A stretch of DNA of 64,000 nt, taken from positions 1-64,000 of IMG/VR virus record IMGVR_UViG_3300043464_002317, one strand, 5' to 3'. This stretch comes from a virus. A model generated the notes under the pieces. That model saw only the letters and a program-made list of their open reading frames with translations, was not told the origin of the DNA and did not search any database. Positions 1-8,696 of this stretch are shown in pieces. How positions within the stretch are numbered: position 1 is the first letter of the stretch; each line of letters opens with the position of its first letter. The translations under genes were made by a program, and so were the position numbers.

Positions 1-20
1 TATTCCTTTTGTTTTCATAG

Positions 21-30
21 TGCAAAGATA
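21..30 (-). promoter_or_regulatory. Bacteroidetes sigma-A-type -7 promoter box (TATCTTTGCA)
   Basis: Reverse complement matches the TAnnTTTG consensus and lies just upstream of a minus-strand ATG at the window edge. Confidence 0.6.
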
Positions 31-63
31 AGTTTTTTAGTTTAAAAAAAGAAAATTTATTTG

Positions 64-300
64 TTAAAATTTAGTTCTAAAATAGCCTTGCTCAATCTTT
101 AACTGTAGCGAATTTAGCTTTGAAGCTACATAGCTTAATACCTCTAAAGAATTTAGCTCTATTGTCTCAGCTTTTTGTTTATTTACATACTTTCTATACT
201 CTACTATAAACGTCCCCTTGTCAGTTGGTTTATAGTTATTTACGTAAACTTGTCTACCAAAACGTGCTGTAAGATACTCTGTTAAAATATTTAATTCCAT
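64..300 (-). CDS. hypothetical protein (early region)
   Basis: 78 aa ORF with an A-rich leader, co-oriented with its neighbours. Confidence 0.7.
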   Translation of the reverse strand: MELNILTEYLTARFGRQVYVNNYKPTDKGTFIVEYRKYVNKQKAETIELNSLEVLSYVASKLNSLQLKIEQGYFRTKF

Positions 301-379
301 AACTTTTTTATTTGCACCTCCGTCTGTATCGCTCAGAATAAAGTCTTAAACTTTCGGAGGCTGATGAAAACCCAAAGAC

Positions 380-550
380 CTATTTTTCTATACCTAAAAG
401 CTTCTTTGCGCTAAAATATGCATAAGCTTTTTTCTGTGTTTCTGTTCCTGTCCTCTGAGGCTCAGGTAATAGATATTTGTTACCGTTAACTGTAGCCGAT
501 TTTTTACCTGATAAAATGGCTTGCTCTAATGTTTGAATTTGTTGTGTCAT
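380..550 (-). CDS. small hypothetical protein (56 aa, MTQQIQTLEQ...LLGIEK)
   Basis: Translated by hand; below the ORF-track cutoff; A-rich leader; fills an intergenic gap. Confidence 0.55.
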   Translation of the reverse strand: MTQQIQTLEQAILSGKKSATVNGNKYLLPEPQRTGTETQKKAYAYFSAKKLLGIEK

Positions 551-629
551 GTTTTTTATTTTTTAAAGGTTTATAATACAAACAGTTGTTAATATTGCTA
601 CACATATTGCAGCTGCATAAAAAGTTTTT

Positions 630-776
630 TCAGTCATTTTTAAAAGTTTTTATGTGTTTAAGAAAATCTAATATAGCATTTTTCACACTACTTTCAAAGT
701 ATGTCTTTGAAATTCTTTTGCCTCCGATAGTCTGACTTGCTATCAAATTGCCATCAATTGTTTTTGTTAAAATCAT
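630..776 (-). CDS. small hypothetical protein (48 aa, MILTKTIDGN...)
   Basis: Translated by hand; preceded by the promoter-like TACCTTTACA at ~795-804. Confidence 0.5.
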   Translation of the reverse strand: MILTKTIDGNLIASQTIGGKRISKTYFESSVKNAILDFLKHIKTFKND

Positions 777-831
777 AGTCTATTTGTTTTGTAATGTAAA
801 GGTATGTATTTTTTTTAAAAAAAGAAATATT

Positions 832-1014
832 TTAACTTTTTTTTGCAATGTGCCAAAATCCAATAAGACAAACAATATCTGTTATAGATAATAAGGCTAA
901 AACGCCATATTGCTCTAAATTGAAATTGAATAGGTTAAAGACGGCTATTACAATAATAAAAGCTAGATAAGCTAGTAAAAATAGTACAAATAGCCATGAA
1001 ATTAATTTTTGCAT
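832..1014 (-). CDS. small membrane protein
   Basis: 60 aa with two hydrophobic segments. Confidence 0.6.
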   Translation of the reverse strand: MQKLISWLFVLFLLAYLAFIIVIAVFNLFNFNLEQYGVLALLSITDIVCLIGFWHIAKKS

Positions 1015-1020
1015 GATAGT

Positions 1021-1452
1021 TTATTTTGAAAGTGAATAAATAGCTTCCCCGTTACTAAAAGTCCCTTGCTTCACCAATACGTCTGAGAAGTCTTTGAATT
1101 TTGCCTCAGCTTTGTGCCATACTTTGTTTATCCAATGCTCCGCTAACTGTTCTTTTGTGCTCCAATGACTGTTTGGACGTATACTTATTGAAACAAGTCC
1201 ACAATATTCACTAATAGCAATTTCAACAAGGTTATTTTCTAAAAATATAAAGACTTCGTTACCGTCCCATCTTTTACAGTTAGTCAAAGATGGAAATAAG
1301 TCTTTTAAACTACTTTCGATATTGTCTTTTAAGTCATCATACCAAAAATCGTCCTCTATTGTTTCGTTTGTCTCTTCATCTATCCATGTACTTTCTACAT
1401 GAAGATAACTTACTTTTGTAGCGTAACTGAGATAATTTACTGAACGTCCCAT
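1021..1452 (-). CDS. hypothetical protein (early region)
   Basis: 143 aa ORF with its own promoter-like box TATCTTTACA at 1481-1490. Confidence 0.75.
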   Translation of the reverse strand: MGRSVNYLSYATKVSYLHVESTWIDEETNETIEDDFWYDDLKDNIESSLKDLFPSLTNCKRWDGNEVFIFLENNLVEIAISEYCGLVSISIRPNSHWSTKEQLAEHWINKVWHKAEAKFKDFSDVLVKQGTFSNGEAIYSLSK

Positions 1453-1513
1453 AGTTTGTTGTTTTTTTGTTATTTGATAGTGTAAAGATAGTAATTTATT
1501 TTAAAGCGCAAAG

Positions 1514-1861
1514 TTAAAATTTGTGAAAATAATTGTAGTCAAAAGTATACAATTCCCCTTTATACTGTTCCCCAAAAGATAAATTGCCTTTGCCATCATA
1601 CTCATATGCAATAGAGTCTTGTTTTAATTTTGTAGCCACAACAATAAGCCCAAACAAAATATCCTCTTCTGTTCTATTTGTTTCTATTTCAACTATTAAG
1701 CAACGTTCCTTAATATTTTGCGCCTCATAAAAACTATTATCATTGATACATAATCTTTGAAACGTGCCTATATTAGATATAGAAGCAATAGTCTTATTCA
1801 GTTGATTAGTAGGTTCAGTATCGCCTACATTCAGACCGATATTTAAAATTAATTTTGCCAT
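1514..1861 (-). CDS. hypothetical protein (early region)
   Basis: 115 aa ORF with a canonical promoter upstream. Confidence 0.75.
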   Translation of the reverse strand: MAKLILNIGLNVGDTEPTNQLNKTIASISNIGTFQRLCINDNSFYEAQNIKERCLIVEIETNRTEEDILFGLIVVATKLKQDSIAYEYDGKGNLSFGEQYKGELYTFDYNYFHKF

Positions 1862-1890
1862 GTTATAAAGTTTTAATTATTATTTGATAG

Positions 1891-1923
1891 AACAAAGGTA
1901 TACTATTATACCAATAAACCAAA
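1891..1923 (-). promoter_or_regulatory. canonical Bacteroidetes promoter TTTG-N19-TACCTTTG
   Basis: Both the -33 and -7 elements are present at canonical spacing on the minus strand. Confidence 0.7.
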
Positions 1924-1989
1924 CTTAAAACTGTTAAGAAAATATAAAAAATAATAGCCTATATATATACATAAATAGAAACACTAGTC

Positions 1990-2400
1990 TACAGAAGACA
2001 AGCAAACAAAGACAAGCAAACATAAAATAATAAAGTATACATACATAGTGTACATACATTGTACATACATACTAAAATATGTAGTACATAGTCTTGCTTC
2101 TAAAAAATTAGTAATGTCAAAAATAAAATACCCCCTACACAAATGTTTTAAAACTTGCATAGGGGGGTAACCTCAGAAATTTTTATGGGGGGAGGTTTAC
2201 TATATATTATGTACGGTCACAATTACTGAGAGCCCCCAGCAAAATCAAATTAAATAAAACTTAATATTAAATCAAATTAAATAAAACTTGAAAGTGGTAG
2301 AAAGGCGAATCTTTTCCACTGGTAAAAACACTGTTCCTTTATATAGGGACAGTTCTTACAACCGTTCTTACAGCACCTGCCTCTTTTTAGCAGGAATTCT
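1990..2400. repeat. non-coding region with short direct repeats and several hairpins
   Basis: AGACAAGCAAACA x2, TACATACAT x3-4, AAATCAAATTAAATAAAACTT x2, GTTCTTACA x2; hairpins CCCCCTA..TAGGGGG, AGTGG..CCACT, CTGT..ACAG, CCTGC..GCAGG. Confidence 0.7.
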
Positions 2401-2562
2401 TTGGTGAGGGGTTTCATGCTGTATACTCTAAATGGAGGTGAGTTGGTACAAAGGTGTTTGGTTTACGTATTAGTTGGTAAATACAGTTGTTGGAGTAATA
2501 GAAGTCTAGGTTAGTTGGAGAGTCTATTTTACAGGATACTTTACTTACTGCTATTGTTTGTT

Positions 2563-3222
2563 TCATTTCTTATAGGTAAAGTCTAATATTTTTTGAACGA
2601 GGTCATGTCTGTGGTTTCCTTTTAGGTCTATTCTTTTAATTTCATCAAAGTGATTAGATAGGTTTATTACCCAAGATAAGCCGTCATTTTGAGAAGTTAT
2701 GTCCTTTTGTTGCAAATCTCCGAGCAACACTATTTTACCTGTTTTGCCAAGCCTTGTTACTAAAGCTTCCATCTCTTTTTGGGTACTGTTTTGAGCTTCA
2801 TCTACAATAACAAAATTAGAAAAAGTTTTTCCACGGACAAACTGCAAAGCTTGTTCCTTTATAATGTCTTTTTCAAGATATTCTTTTATTTTAGTTTTAT
2901 TAATTGAACATGTTTCAAGATTTTCTATAAACGCCTCAAAATACGGGGAGAGTTTGGATGTTAAATCTCCAGGCATAAAACCTAATGTTTTGCCTACTTC
3001 AACAGTTGGTCTAAATAAGACTATATTATCTGCCATTTTTTTAGCTAAGAAATGTAGAGCGCAATGAGCTGCACATAAACTTTTTCCGCTGCCAGGTCTT
3101 CCTGTAATAATTGTTATAGGATTTTCATAAATATATTTAGAAGCTAACTTTTGCTCCTCATTCAGTTGAATAGCATTAATCTCTTTAATTTCTGATTTTC
3201 TTTCTCTATTTGCCTCTTTCAT
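2563..3222 (-). CDS. phoH: PhoH-family ATPase
   Basis: Motifs GRPGSGKS (Walker A), RPTVE..LGFMPG, VRGKTF, IVDEAQN, TRLG and GDLQQKD. Confidence 0.95.
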   Translation of the reverse strand: MKEANRERKSEIKEINAIQLNEEQKLASKYIYENPITIITGRPGSGKSLCAAHCALHFLAKKMADNIVLFRPTVEVGKTLGFMPGDLTSKLSPYFEAFIENLETCSINKTKIKEYLEKDIIKEQALQFVRGKTFSNFVIVDEAQNSTQKEMEALVTRLGKTGKIVLLGDLQQKDITSQNDGLSWVINLSNHFDEIKRIDLKGNHRHDLVQKILDFTYKK

Positions 3223-3320
3223 TTCTTATTTTTAATTATACTCACTAATATTTCTACTCCTGCTATAAATAACGCCATTATTACTATTAATATAAATTCT
3301 TTCATAGTGTTTAACTGAAA

Positions 3321-3821
3321 TTATTTTAAAATTGTAGCTTTTACAATACTTGCAAGCTGCTCGGTTGTGAAATAAACATCTTCTCCATTCATCAGTTTTT
3401 TTCTTTGTTGTAATGAAATTCCTTTCGTCCCGAATATTTTTCGAGAATGGTTGGTCAATATCTTTTTAGATATTTCTAATTTAATTTGGTCTTCAGTAGT
3501 ACTTGGTTTTCCTTCAAAGCCTACGTATATTGGAGTAGATACCTGATGATATGCTCCTATGCAAGAGCCGATTATATGTTTTTTACACTGCGCTCTGATA
3601 AATAGCTCAAAAGCTGAGGAGTACAATTGCCCCCAGCCATATAAAATAGTGCGTTCTTTGTTTCTGTTTATAACTGATGAAGTTACAGCCATTATATCAT
3701 GGTCTCCTCCTTCAGAGTTTACATATAAATGTAATATATCGTTTTCTTGTAAGCTGTTATAAGCGTTGATAATCGCTTCTAAAAAGCTATCAGTAATTTC
3801 AGATTTTAAGTTAAGCCACAT
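3321..3821 (-). CDS. ClpP-like serine protease
   Basis: LYVNSEGG, YSSA (putative catalytic Ser), AYHQ (His) and a C-terminal DVYFTTEQ resembling ClpP. Confidence 0.7.
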   Translation of the reverse strand: MWLNLKSEITDSFLEAIINAYNSLQENDILHLYVNSEGGDHDIMAVTSSVINRNKERTILYGWGQLYSSAFELFIRAQCKKHIIGSCIGAYHQVSTPIYVGFEGKPSTTEDQIKLEISKKILTNHSRKIFGTKGISLQQRKKLMNGEDVYFTTEQLASIVKATILK

Positions 3822-4014
3822 TTTCTAATTCATTTAAAACTTGTTTAATTGCTTCTGCCATTTCATAATGCTCGATAATCTCAAATTTAGGGAGCATTTC
3901 TTTTAATACGTGAGAATCAAGATTCTTAGCCATCATATCTAAATAAATATCGTATTTTAGTTTAAGCACTTCTTGCTCAAACGGATTTTCTGATGTTAAA
4001 TCTTTTTCTTCCAT
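3811..4014 (-). CDS. hypothetical protein (possible UVR-like C-terminal helix pair)
   Basis: 67 aa, overlaps both neighbours; contains EHYEMAEAIK. Confidence 0.6.
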   Translation of the reverse strand: MEEKDLTSENPFEQEVLKLKYDIYLDMMAKNLDSHVLKEMLPKFEIIEHYEMAEAIKQVLNELENVA

Positions 4015-4321
4015 CGGTAAAAATTAGTATTCCTTTTTTGCGTATAGACCGTATAAATATATTTGGGTCTTCTTTAAACAGTCTTTTTAACATCACCATA
4101 TAAACATCAAAACTTCTTTTCTTTATTGTAGTAAATGGTTTATCATATCTTTCAATTATTTTTTCACGAGTTGTATAGTTGTTTTTATGAAACACCAGGC
4201 TTTCAAAAATATCTGCACATCTACTTGTCACTTTAAGTTTATCTCCGTTTGGGGCTGTTAAAATATTGTTCTGCAAACAAAATTTCCCTAAGAAGTATTT
4301 TTTATCTGGTTTACGGTTCAT
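3977..4321 (-). CDS. stand-alone OmpR/PhoB-type winged-helix DNA-binding protein
   Basis: TREKII...RSFDVYMVMLKRLFKEDPNIFIRSIRKKGI matches the Trans_reg_C pattern; no receiver domain. Confidence 0.75.
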   Translation of the reverse strand: MNRKPDKKYFLGKFCLQNNILTAPNGDKLKVTSRCADIFESLVFHKNNYTTREKIIERYDKPFTTIKKRSFDVYMVMLKRLFKEDPNIFIRSIRKKGILIFTDGRKRFNIRKSV

Positions 4322-4628
4322 GTATTTCTATAAAAGGCTCAATCATTTTTAAAAAAACATCTAAACCTAATCGGTAAATAACAGGGTCTTCTTGCCCATA
4401 TAGAAGTATTGATACTTTATTTTTACCTATATCGTTAAATCTATCTATGTCTGATAATCTTACATACTGATGTCCATGTACCTCTCCTTCGCAAGGGCAT
4501 TTAGTATTAATACCTAAACGCTCGTTTCTTTCTTTACATTTGTAGCAATCATCCCCTTCTTCTTCTGTAAGGTCAAAAAGAACTGGCAGTTTTAACCAGA
4601 TTTCTTTATTCATGTTGTTTTTGTCCAT
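4311..4628 (-). CDS. hypothetical protein with CxxC...CxC (possible Zn binding)
   Basis: 105 aa with CYKC and CPC; translationally coupled to neighbours. Confidence 0.65.
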   Translation of the reverse strand: MDKNNMNKEIWLKLPVLFDLTEEEGDDCYKCKERNERLGINTKCPCEGEVHGHQYVRLSDIDRFNDIGKNKVSILLYGQEDPVIYRLGLDVFLKMIEPFIEIHEP

Positions 4629-6199
4629 AATGTTGTAAAGTTATTTTCAATAAGAATTATTTGTTGCGCTTTCCCATCTGTATGTACAATAGTTGCTCCG
4701 TGTAACCAAGTTGTTAGCCCTTTATTGTACCCCATTTCATATTTTGTGCAAGTTCCGCTGGACAGACAACCGTCTTCTCTAAAAACTGTATGGTCATGGT
4801 TTTTTATTATCTTCGTAGAAAGCTTTCTAAAGGTCGTATTAGAGCCTTTTGCTCCGTTTGTACCTAAGTGCCCATGGAAACCTAATTCCCAGCCTAATAC
4901 CCTAAAAGAATCATCTACGCCAAGGGTTGTAATCTCTTTTCCATATCTTTCTTCTAAAATATAAGGTAATAAACCTTTAGGAGCTTTTTCTTCAAGAAGA
5001 ACTTGTAGAAATTTATTATATGTTAAAGCATTTACAGGGTCTTTTCTCCAATCTTGTCCGATAATATATTGGTCTAAGTGTTCGTCATGGTTTGACCTAA
5101 CTACTACTAAGCCATATTTTTTCCATTTATCGCAAAAATTAAAAACTTCTTGAAGCTCTTTTTCGATTAGATTTGTTTGGTATTTATGAGCTAAATACTC
5201 TTTCACTGGATTTTTAATATCGTGTTTACGTACAGAGTACATATCTACAATATCGTGAATTACAGTATAATCTGGTTTTAATACTTTTATAAGTTTTTCT
5301 TCTATAGTGTTTATCACAGCATCGTCATGTTTTCCTAAATGAAGGTCTCCAAGAACTATAGTAGAGATTTTTTTGTTTTTAGATACTTTCCCATTACGCA
5401 CAGTAAAATATAAATCGGTAAATTCGCCTTCTTCAGTGGATGTAACATTTCTCATATAAAAAATATTTTCATCTTTTATTTCCACTAAAACAAATCCGTA
5501 AGTGTGGTGTGCTTCTCCAACTTTTCCGCTATTACTGTCAGTATAATTTGCATAAGTGCAAGTTCCAGTAGTTATCATTACTTTTGGGTCGTAAGTTTTT
5601 AACCTTGGAACTGAACGAAGGTGTACTCGTGGATGCCCAACAATACAACTGTTCAAAGAGGACATTAACTCTTTAGCTTGTAAAGGATTAGAAGAAGTCG
5701 GTTGTACTTTTACATCCCCCAATAAAACCAATTTAGGGTGAATATGCTCTCTTCTTGCATGTAAATATTTAGTTATAGATTCATCCCATTTATCTACTTT
5801 TTTATCCGTGAATACTGAAGTTGGGTTTTTATAACGAAGAGGTATAACAATGATTTCAGCTTCTAAGAAAGCTGCATAAGCTTCCATATTCTTTAAAAAT
5901 TCTTCGTTAACTGGAGTAGCGTTTTGAGCGCACGTAATTAAGTAATACTTGCTTTTTTTCAACTTGTTCGTCATCGCCATTTTAAAATGCTCTCCGTGCT
6001 CAATTAAAGTAGTCGATTCTGACCTGTCGTCAAGGTTACTAGAAATAAATTTCGATAGTTTTCTTCTGAAATTGTCGTTGTAAGTCAATTTCATGTGTTT
6101 TGCAACAATCTCAGCTGTTTTTGTTATATTAAGGTTATTCTTAGAATAAACACTATTTATAAAAGCTTTGTGCGGTAAAAATGTACTTTCTTTTGCCAT
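4610..6199 (-). CDS. calcineurin-like metallophosphoesterase domain protein
   Basis: LGDLHLG, HDIVD, SNHDEH, FHGH and NHDH motifs in the C-terminal half. Confidence 0.75.
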   Translation of the reverse strand: MAKESTFLPHKAFINSVYSKNNLNITKTAEIVAKHMKLTYNDNFRRKLSKFISSNLDDRSESTTLIEHGEHFKMAMTNKLKKSKYYLITCAQNATPVNEEFLKNMEAYAAFLEAEIIVIPLRYKNPTSVFTDKKVDKWDESITKYLHARREHIHPKLVLLGDVKVQPTSSNPLQAKELMSSLNSCIVGHPRVHLRSVPRLKTYDPKVMITTGTCTYANYTDSNSGKVGEAHHTYGFVLVEIKDENIFYMRNVTSTEEGEFTDLYFTVRNGKVSKNKKISTIVLGDLHLGKHDDAVINTIEEKLIKVLKPDYTVIHDIVDMYSVRKHDIKNPVKEYLAHKYQTNLIEKELQEVFNFCDKWKKYGLVVVRSNHDEHLDQYIIGQDWRKDPVNALTYNKFLQVLLEEKAPKGLLPYILEERYGKEITTLGVDDSFRVLGWELGFHGHLGTNGAKGSNTTFRKLSTKIIKNHDHTVFREDGCLSSGTCTKYEMGYNKGLTTWLHGATIVHTDGKAQQIILIENNFTTLWTKTT

Positions 6200-6200
6200 T

Positions 6201-6647
6201 TTATTTATAATCTGATGAAAAGATTTTTCCTAATACGTTCTTGTTATAACAACCTTCAGTTTGCAGACAATCTGAACATAAAATAAATTTTAATTCCCAA
6301 GCTGTCATATTTCTTCTTGTTTTGCAAAACTGCAATATTTTTTTTATGTACTTATGCCCAATAGCTAGGTCTTCATTTAGCTCTTTGCATGAACCTGTAT
6401 AACTTTGCCAATTTGTTTCTGAAACATCAATCTTAAACTTTTTACGTTTGTTTTCTGGTAAGGCTTTTTCTTTTATTGTAAGCTTCTTTTTCCTGTAAGA
6501 ATAAAAAGATTTTTTCCCAATATAAATTTTATTATTTGTTAAGTTCTCAATTATGTATACAAAACCCTCATAACCTTCTGGAGCTTTTTTTACTGCCTTT
6601 TCAGATAAAGAGTCTATCCAATCTTGATGTAACTTCTTTTTAGGCAT
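6201..6647 (-). CDS. GIY-YIG-like endonuclease
   Basis: GFVYIIEN...KIYIGKK, WQSYTGS, WE and YN.N motifs. Confidence 0.75.
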   Translation of the reverse strand: MPKKKLHQDWIDSLSEKAVKKAPEGYEGFVYIIENLTNNKIYIGKKSFYSYRKKKLTIKEKALPENKRKKFKIDVSETNWQSYTGSCKELNEDLAIGHKYIKKILQFCKTRRNMTAWELKFILCSDCLQTEGCYNKNVLGKIFSSDYK

Positions 6648-6732
6648 TATAAAAATTTATATATAAAGTCAATAATTTTCTTACCTATTTTTGTTTGATA
6701 CATTGATACCAACAAAGATAATAAAAAGTATC

Positions 6733-7707
6733 TCATATTCCAAAATTATTTTTAATTTTATTTTCTAACTCGTTTGCAAACTCAGGATTATCTGTTAAAA
6801 ATTGTTTTACTTGAGCTGCTCCCTGACCTATTTTATTTCCATCTACAGAAAACCAAGAGCCGCTTTTTTGAATAAAATTTAACTCTTCTGCATATTGTAA
6901 AATCTCTGAGTTTTTATCAATACCTTTTCCAAAAACAATATCGTATTCGCATTGCATGAATGGAGCAGCTATTTTATTTTTTACTACTTTAGCTTTTCCT
7001 TTGCTATCTAAAAGATTACCTTCTTTATCTTTATTTCCTTGTGATTTACTTGTTTCTACTCGTATAGAAGCATAATATTTCAAAGCCTTTCCTCCTGTTG
7101 TGGTTGTAGGATTTCCAAACATTACGCCAATTTTATCTCGCATTTGATTTGTAAATATTAAAAGGGTGTTTGTACTAGCAACTATTCCTGTTAATTTCCT
7201 CATTGCTTGAGACATTAATCGTGCATGTAAACCCATCTTGGAATCACCCATATCCCCCTCTAGTTCTGCTTTTGGAACTAAAGCTGCTACAGAATCTATC
7301 ACACAAACATCAATAGCTCCAGATTTAATAAGTTCTTCTGCGATAGACAGTGCATCTTCTCCGCAGTCTGGTTGAGAAATTAAAAGTTCGTCAACGTTTA
7401 AACCTAAATTTTTTGCATATTGTTTATCGAAGGCATGTTCGGCATCAATGAATGCCACTACACCCCCCTTTTTTTGTGCTTCAATCATTGTGTGAATGCA
7501 TATTGTTGTTTTTCCAGATGATTCTGCACCATAAATTTCAACAATACGTCCTTTTCCCCATCCACCTCCTGTGGCTATGTCTAATCCAAGAGAGCCTGTA
7601 GATAATCTTTCAACTTCAAGAATTTCATTTCCTAAAATTGTTGCTCCTTTGCCGTACTTTTTTTCAAGTAATGCTCTAGTTTCCGATAACTTTTTTTGTT
7701 TGTCCAT
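6733..7707 (-). CDS. recA: RecA recombinase
   Basis: STGSLGLDIA, GAESSGKTT, IDAEHA, SQPDCGE, DSVAAL, ARLMSQAMRK, GGKALKYYASIR. Confidence 0.98.
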   Translation of the reverse strand: MDKQKKLSETRALLEKKYGKGATILGNEILEVERLSTGSLGLDIATGGGWGKGRIVEIYGAESSGKTTICIHTMIEAQKKGGVVAFIDAEHAFDKQYAKNLGLNVDELLISQPDCGEDALSIAEELIKSGAIDVCVIDSVAALVPKAELEGDMGDSKMGLHARLMSQAMRKLTGIVASTNTLLIFTNQMRDKIGVMFGNPTTTTGGKALKYYASIRVETSKSQGNKDKEGNLLDSKGKAKVVKNKIAAPFMQCEYDIVFGKGIDKNSEILQYAEELNFIQKSGSWFSVDGNKIGQGAAQVKQFLTDNPEFANELENKIKNNFGI

Positions 7708-7919
7708 TAAAACAATTTTTGTTTGAAATTACGTAATAGGGATTCTACCAAAACTGTAGCTTTATTTGCTGGAATGTCAATGTGATACATGGAAAAAATA
7801 AATTCTCGGAGAGGGTTATTTTCTACAGAGCCAAAGTTTATAACTACCAAACTGATATTACTCATAATGGTGTTGTAATAATCATCGAAATCAGGATAAT
7901 ATGTTGCGTTGTTTGACAT
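7707..7919 (-). CDS. hypothetical protein (likely start MSNNATYY at 7919)
   Basis: Coupled to the recA start; a promoter lies inside the longer ORF-track extension, which favours the shorter start. Confidence 0.6.
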   Translation of the reverse strand: MSNNATYYPDFDDYYNTIMSNISLVVINFGSVENNPLREFIFSMYHIDIPANKATVLVESLLRNFKQKLF

Positions 7920-7927
7920 AACCGATG

Positions 7928-7959
7928 CAAATATAGTAAAAACTTTTTTAACTTCCAAA
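7928..7959 (-). promoter_or_regulatory. promoter of the leftward operon, TTTG-N20-TATATTTG
   Basis: Matches the Bacteroidetes -33/-7 consensus. Confidence 0.75.
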
Positions 7960-8039
7960 TTTATTTTAATAAAAAACAAAAAAAGTTATTTGTTAAAAAA
8001 TGTTAATTATAGTTAAAAAATTTGGAAGTGAATATTTTT

Positions 8040-8280
8040 TTCCTATATTATATATTAGTATTTATATAGTAATAATATATTAGTTTATATACTGTATATA
8101 TAATTATATAACTTAGTATACTGTATTTGTAAGTTATATACTTAGTAGTAAATGTATATTATTAGTTATATTTCATAATTAAGATGTATAGTTATATAAT
8201 TATAATATTATAATTCTCTTAGTGTTTATATATAATAATAATAATAATATATAATATTATAAAAAAATAATCAATAAAAA
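8040..8280. other. extremely AT-rich non-coding region at the strand switch (possible replication origin)
   Basis: Near-pure A/T with TATA/TAA repeats between divergent operons. Confidence 0.35.
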
Positions 8281-8281
8281 A

Positions 8282-8313
8282 TTTGGTTTTTTGAAAAAAG
8301 TTTTTTATATTTG
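8282..8313 (+). promoter_or_regulatory. promoter of the rightward operon, TTTG-N20-TATATTTG
   Basis: Matches the Bacteroidetes -33/-7 consensus; ATG at 8322. Confidence 0.75.
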
Positions 8314-8321
8314 TACCAGAT

Positions 8322-8696
8322 ATGAGCAAGAACCCAATAACATTACCCATAAAATTGAAAGTTGCTGATAAAACAGATTTAATTTTCAAAGTTATAACCC
8401 TTTGGGGTGCTATAACAAGTCAATTGACTGAAAAAAACATTTCTGTGATTTCATTTATGATTTTGCATGATTCAAACAGTGCTGTTTTTCCAAACTTGTT
8501 GATAAAAAACGGAATTGTAAAAACCAAAGAACATTACAGAACCGAGATGAATCGTTTGCATAAAAAAGGTTTGATAAGTTACAACGAAAAAAGACAGAAA
8601 GTCCTTCATCCTAATCTGGAAATTTTAAAAAAATTGTTAAACGTAGATTTAGAAAACAATAACATTGCAATCCGTGTTGAGTACGAAAAAAAGTGA
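8322..8696 (+). CDS. hypothetical protein, possible winged-helix regulator
   Basis: RTEMNRLHKKGLISY resembles a wHTH recognition helix plus wing. Confidence 0.6.
   Translation: MSKNPITLPIKLKVADKTDLIFKVITLWGAITSQLTEKNISVISFMILHDSNSAVFPNLLIKNGIVKTKEHYRTEMNRLHKKGLISYNEKRQKVLHPNLEILKKLLNVDLENNNIAIRVEYEKK

Noticed and set aside
355-380. CTGATGA next to a stem, suggesting a hammerhead ribozyme
   Set aside because: No stem II followed by GAAA and no correctly placed cleavage triplet on either strand.
1990-2300. Short repeats as a CRISPR array
   Set aside because: Only 2-4 copies of several different short repeats, no regular unique spacers, and no cas genes.
6201-6647. GIY-YIG ORF as part of a group I intron
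   Set aside because: The flanking genes are intact and separate; no intron core or split gene is evident.
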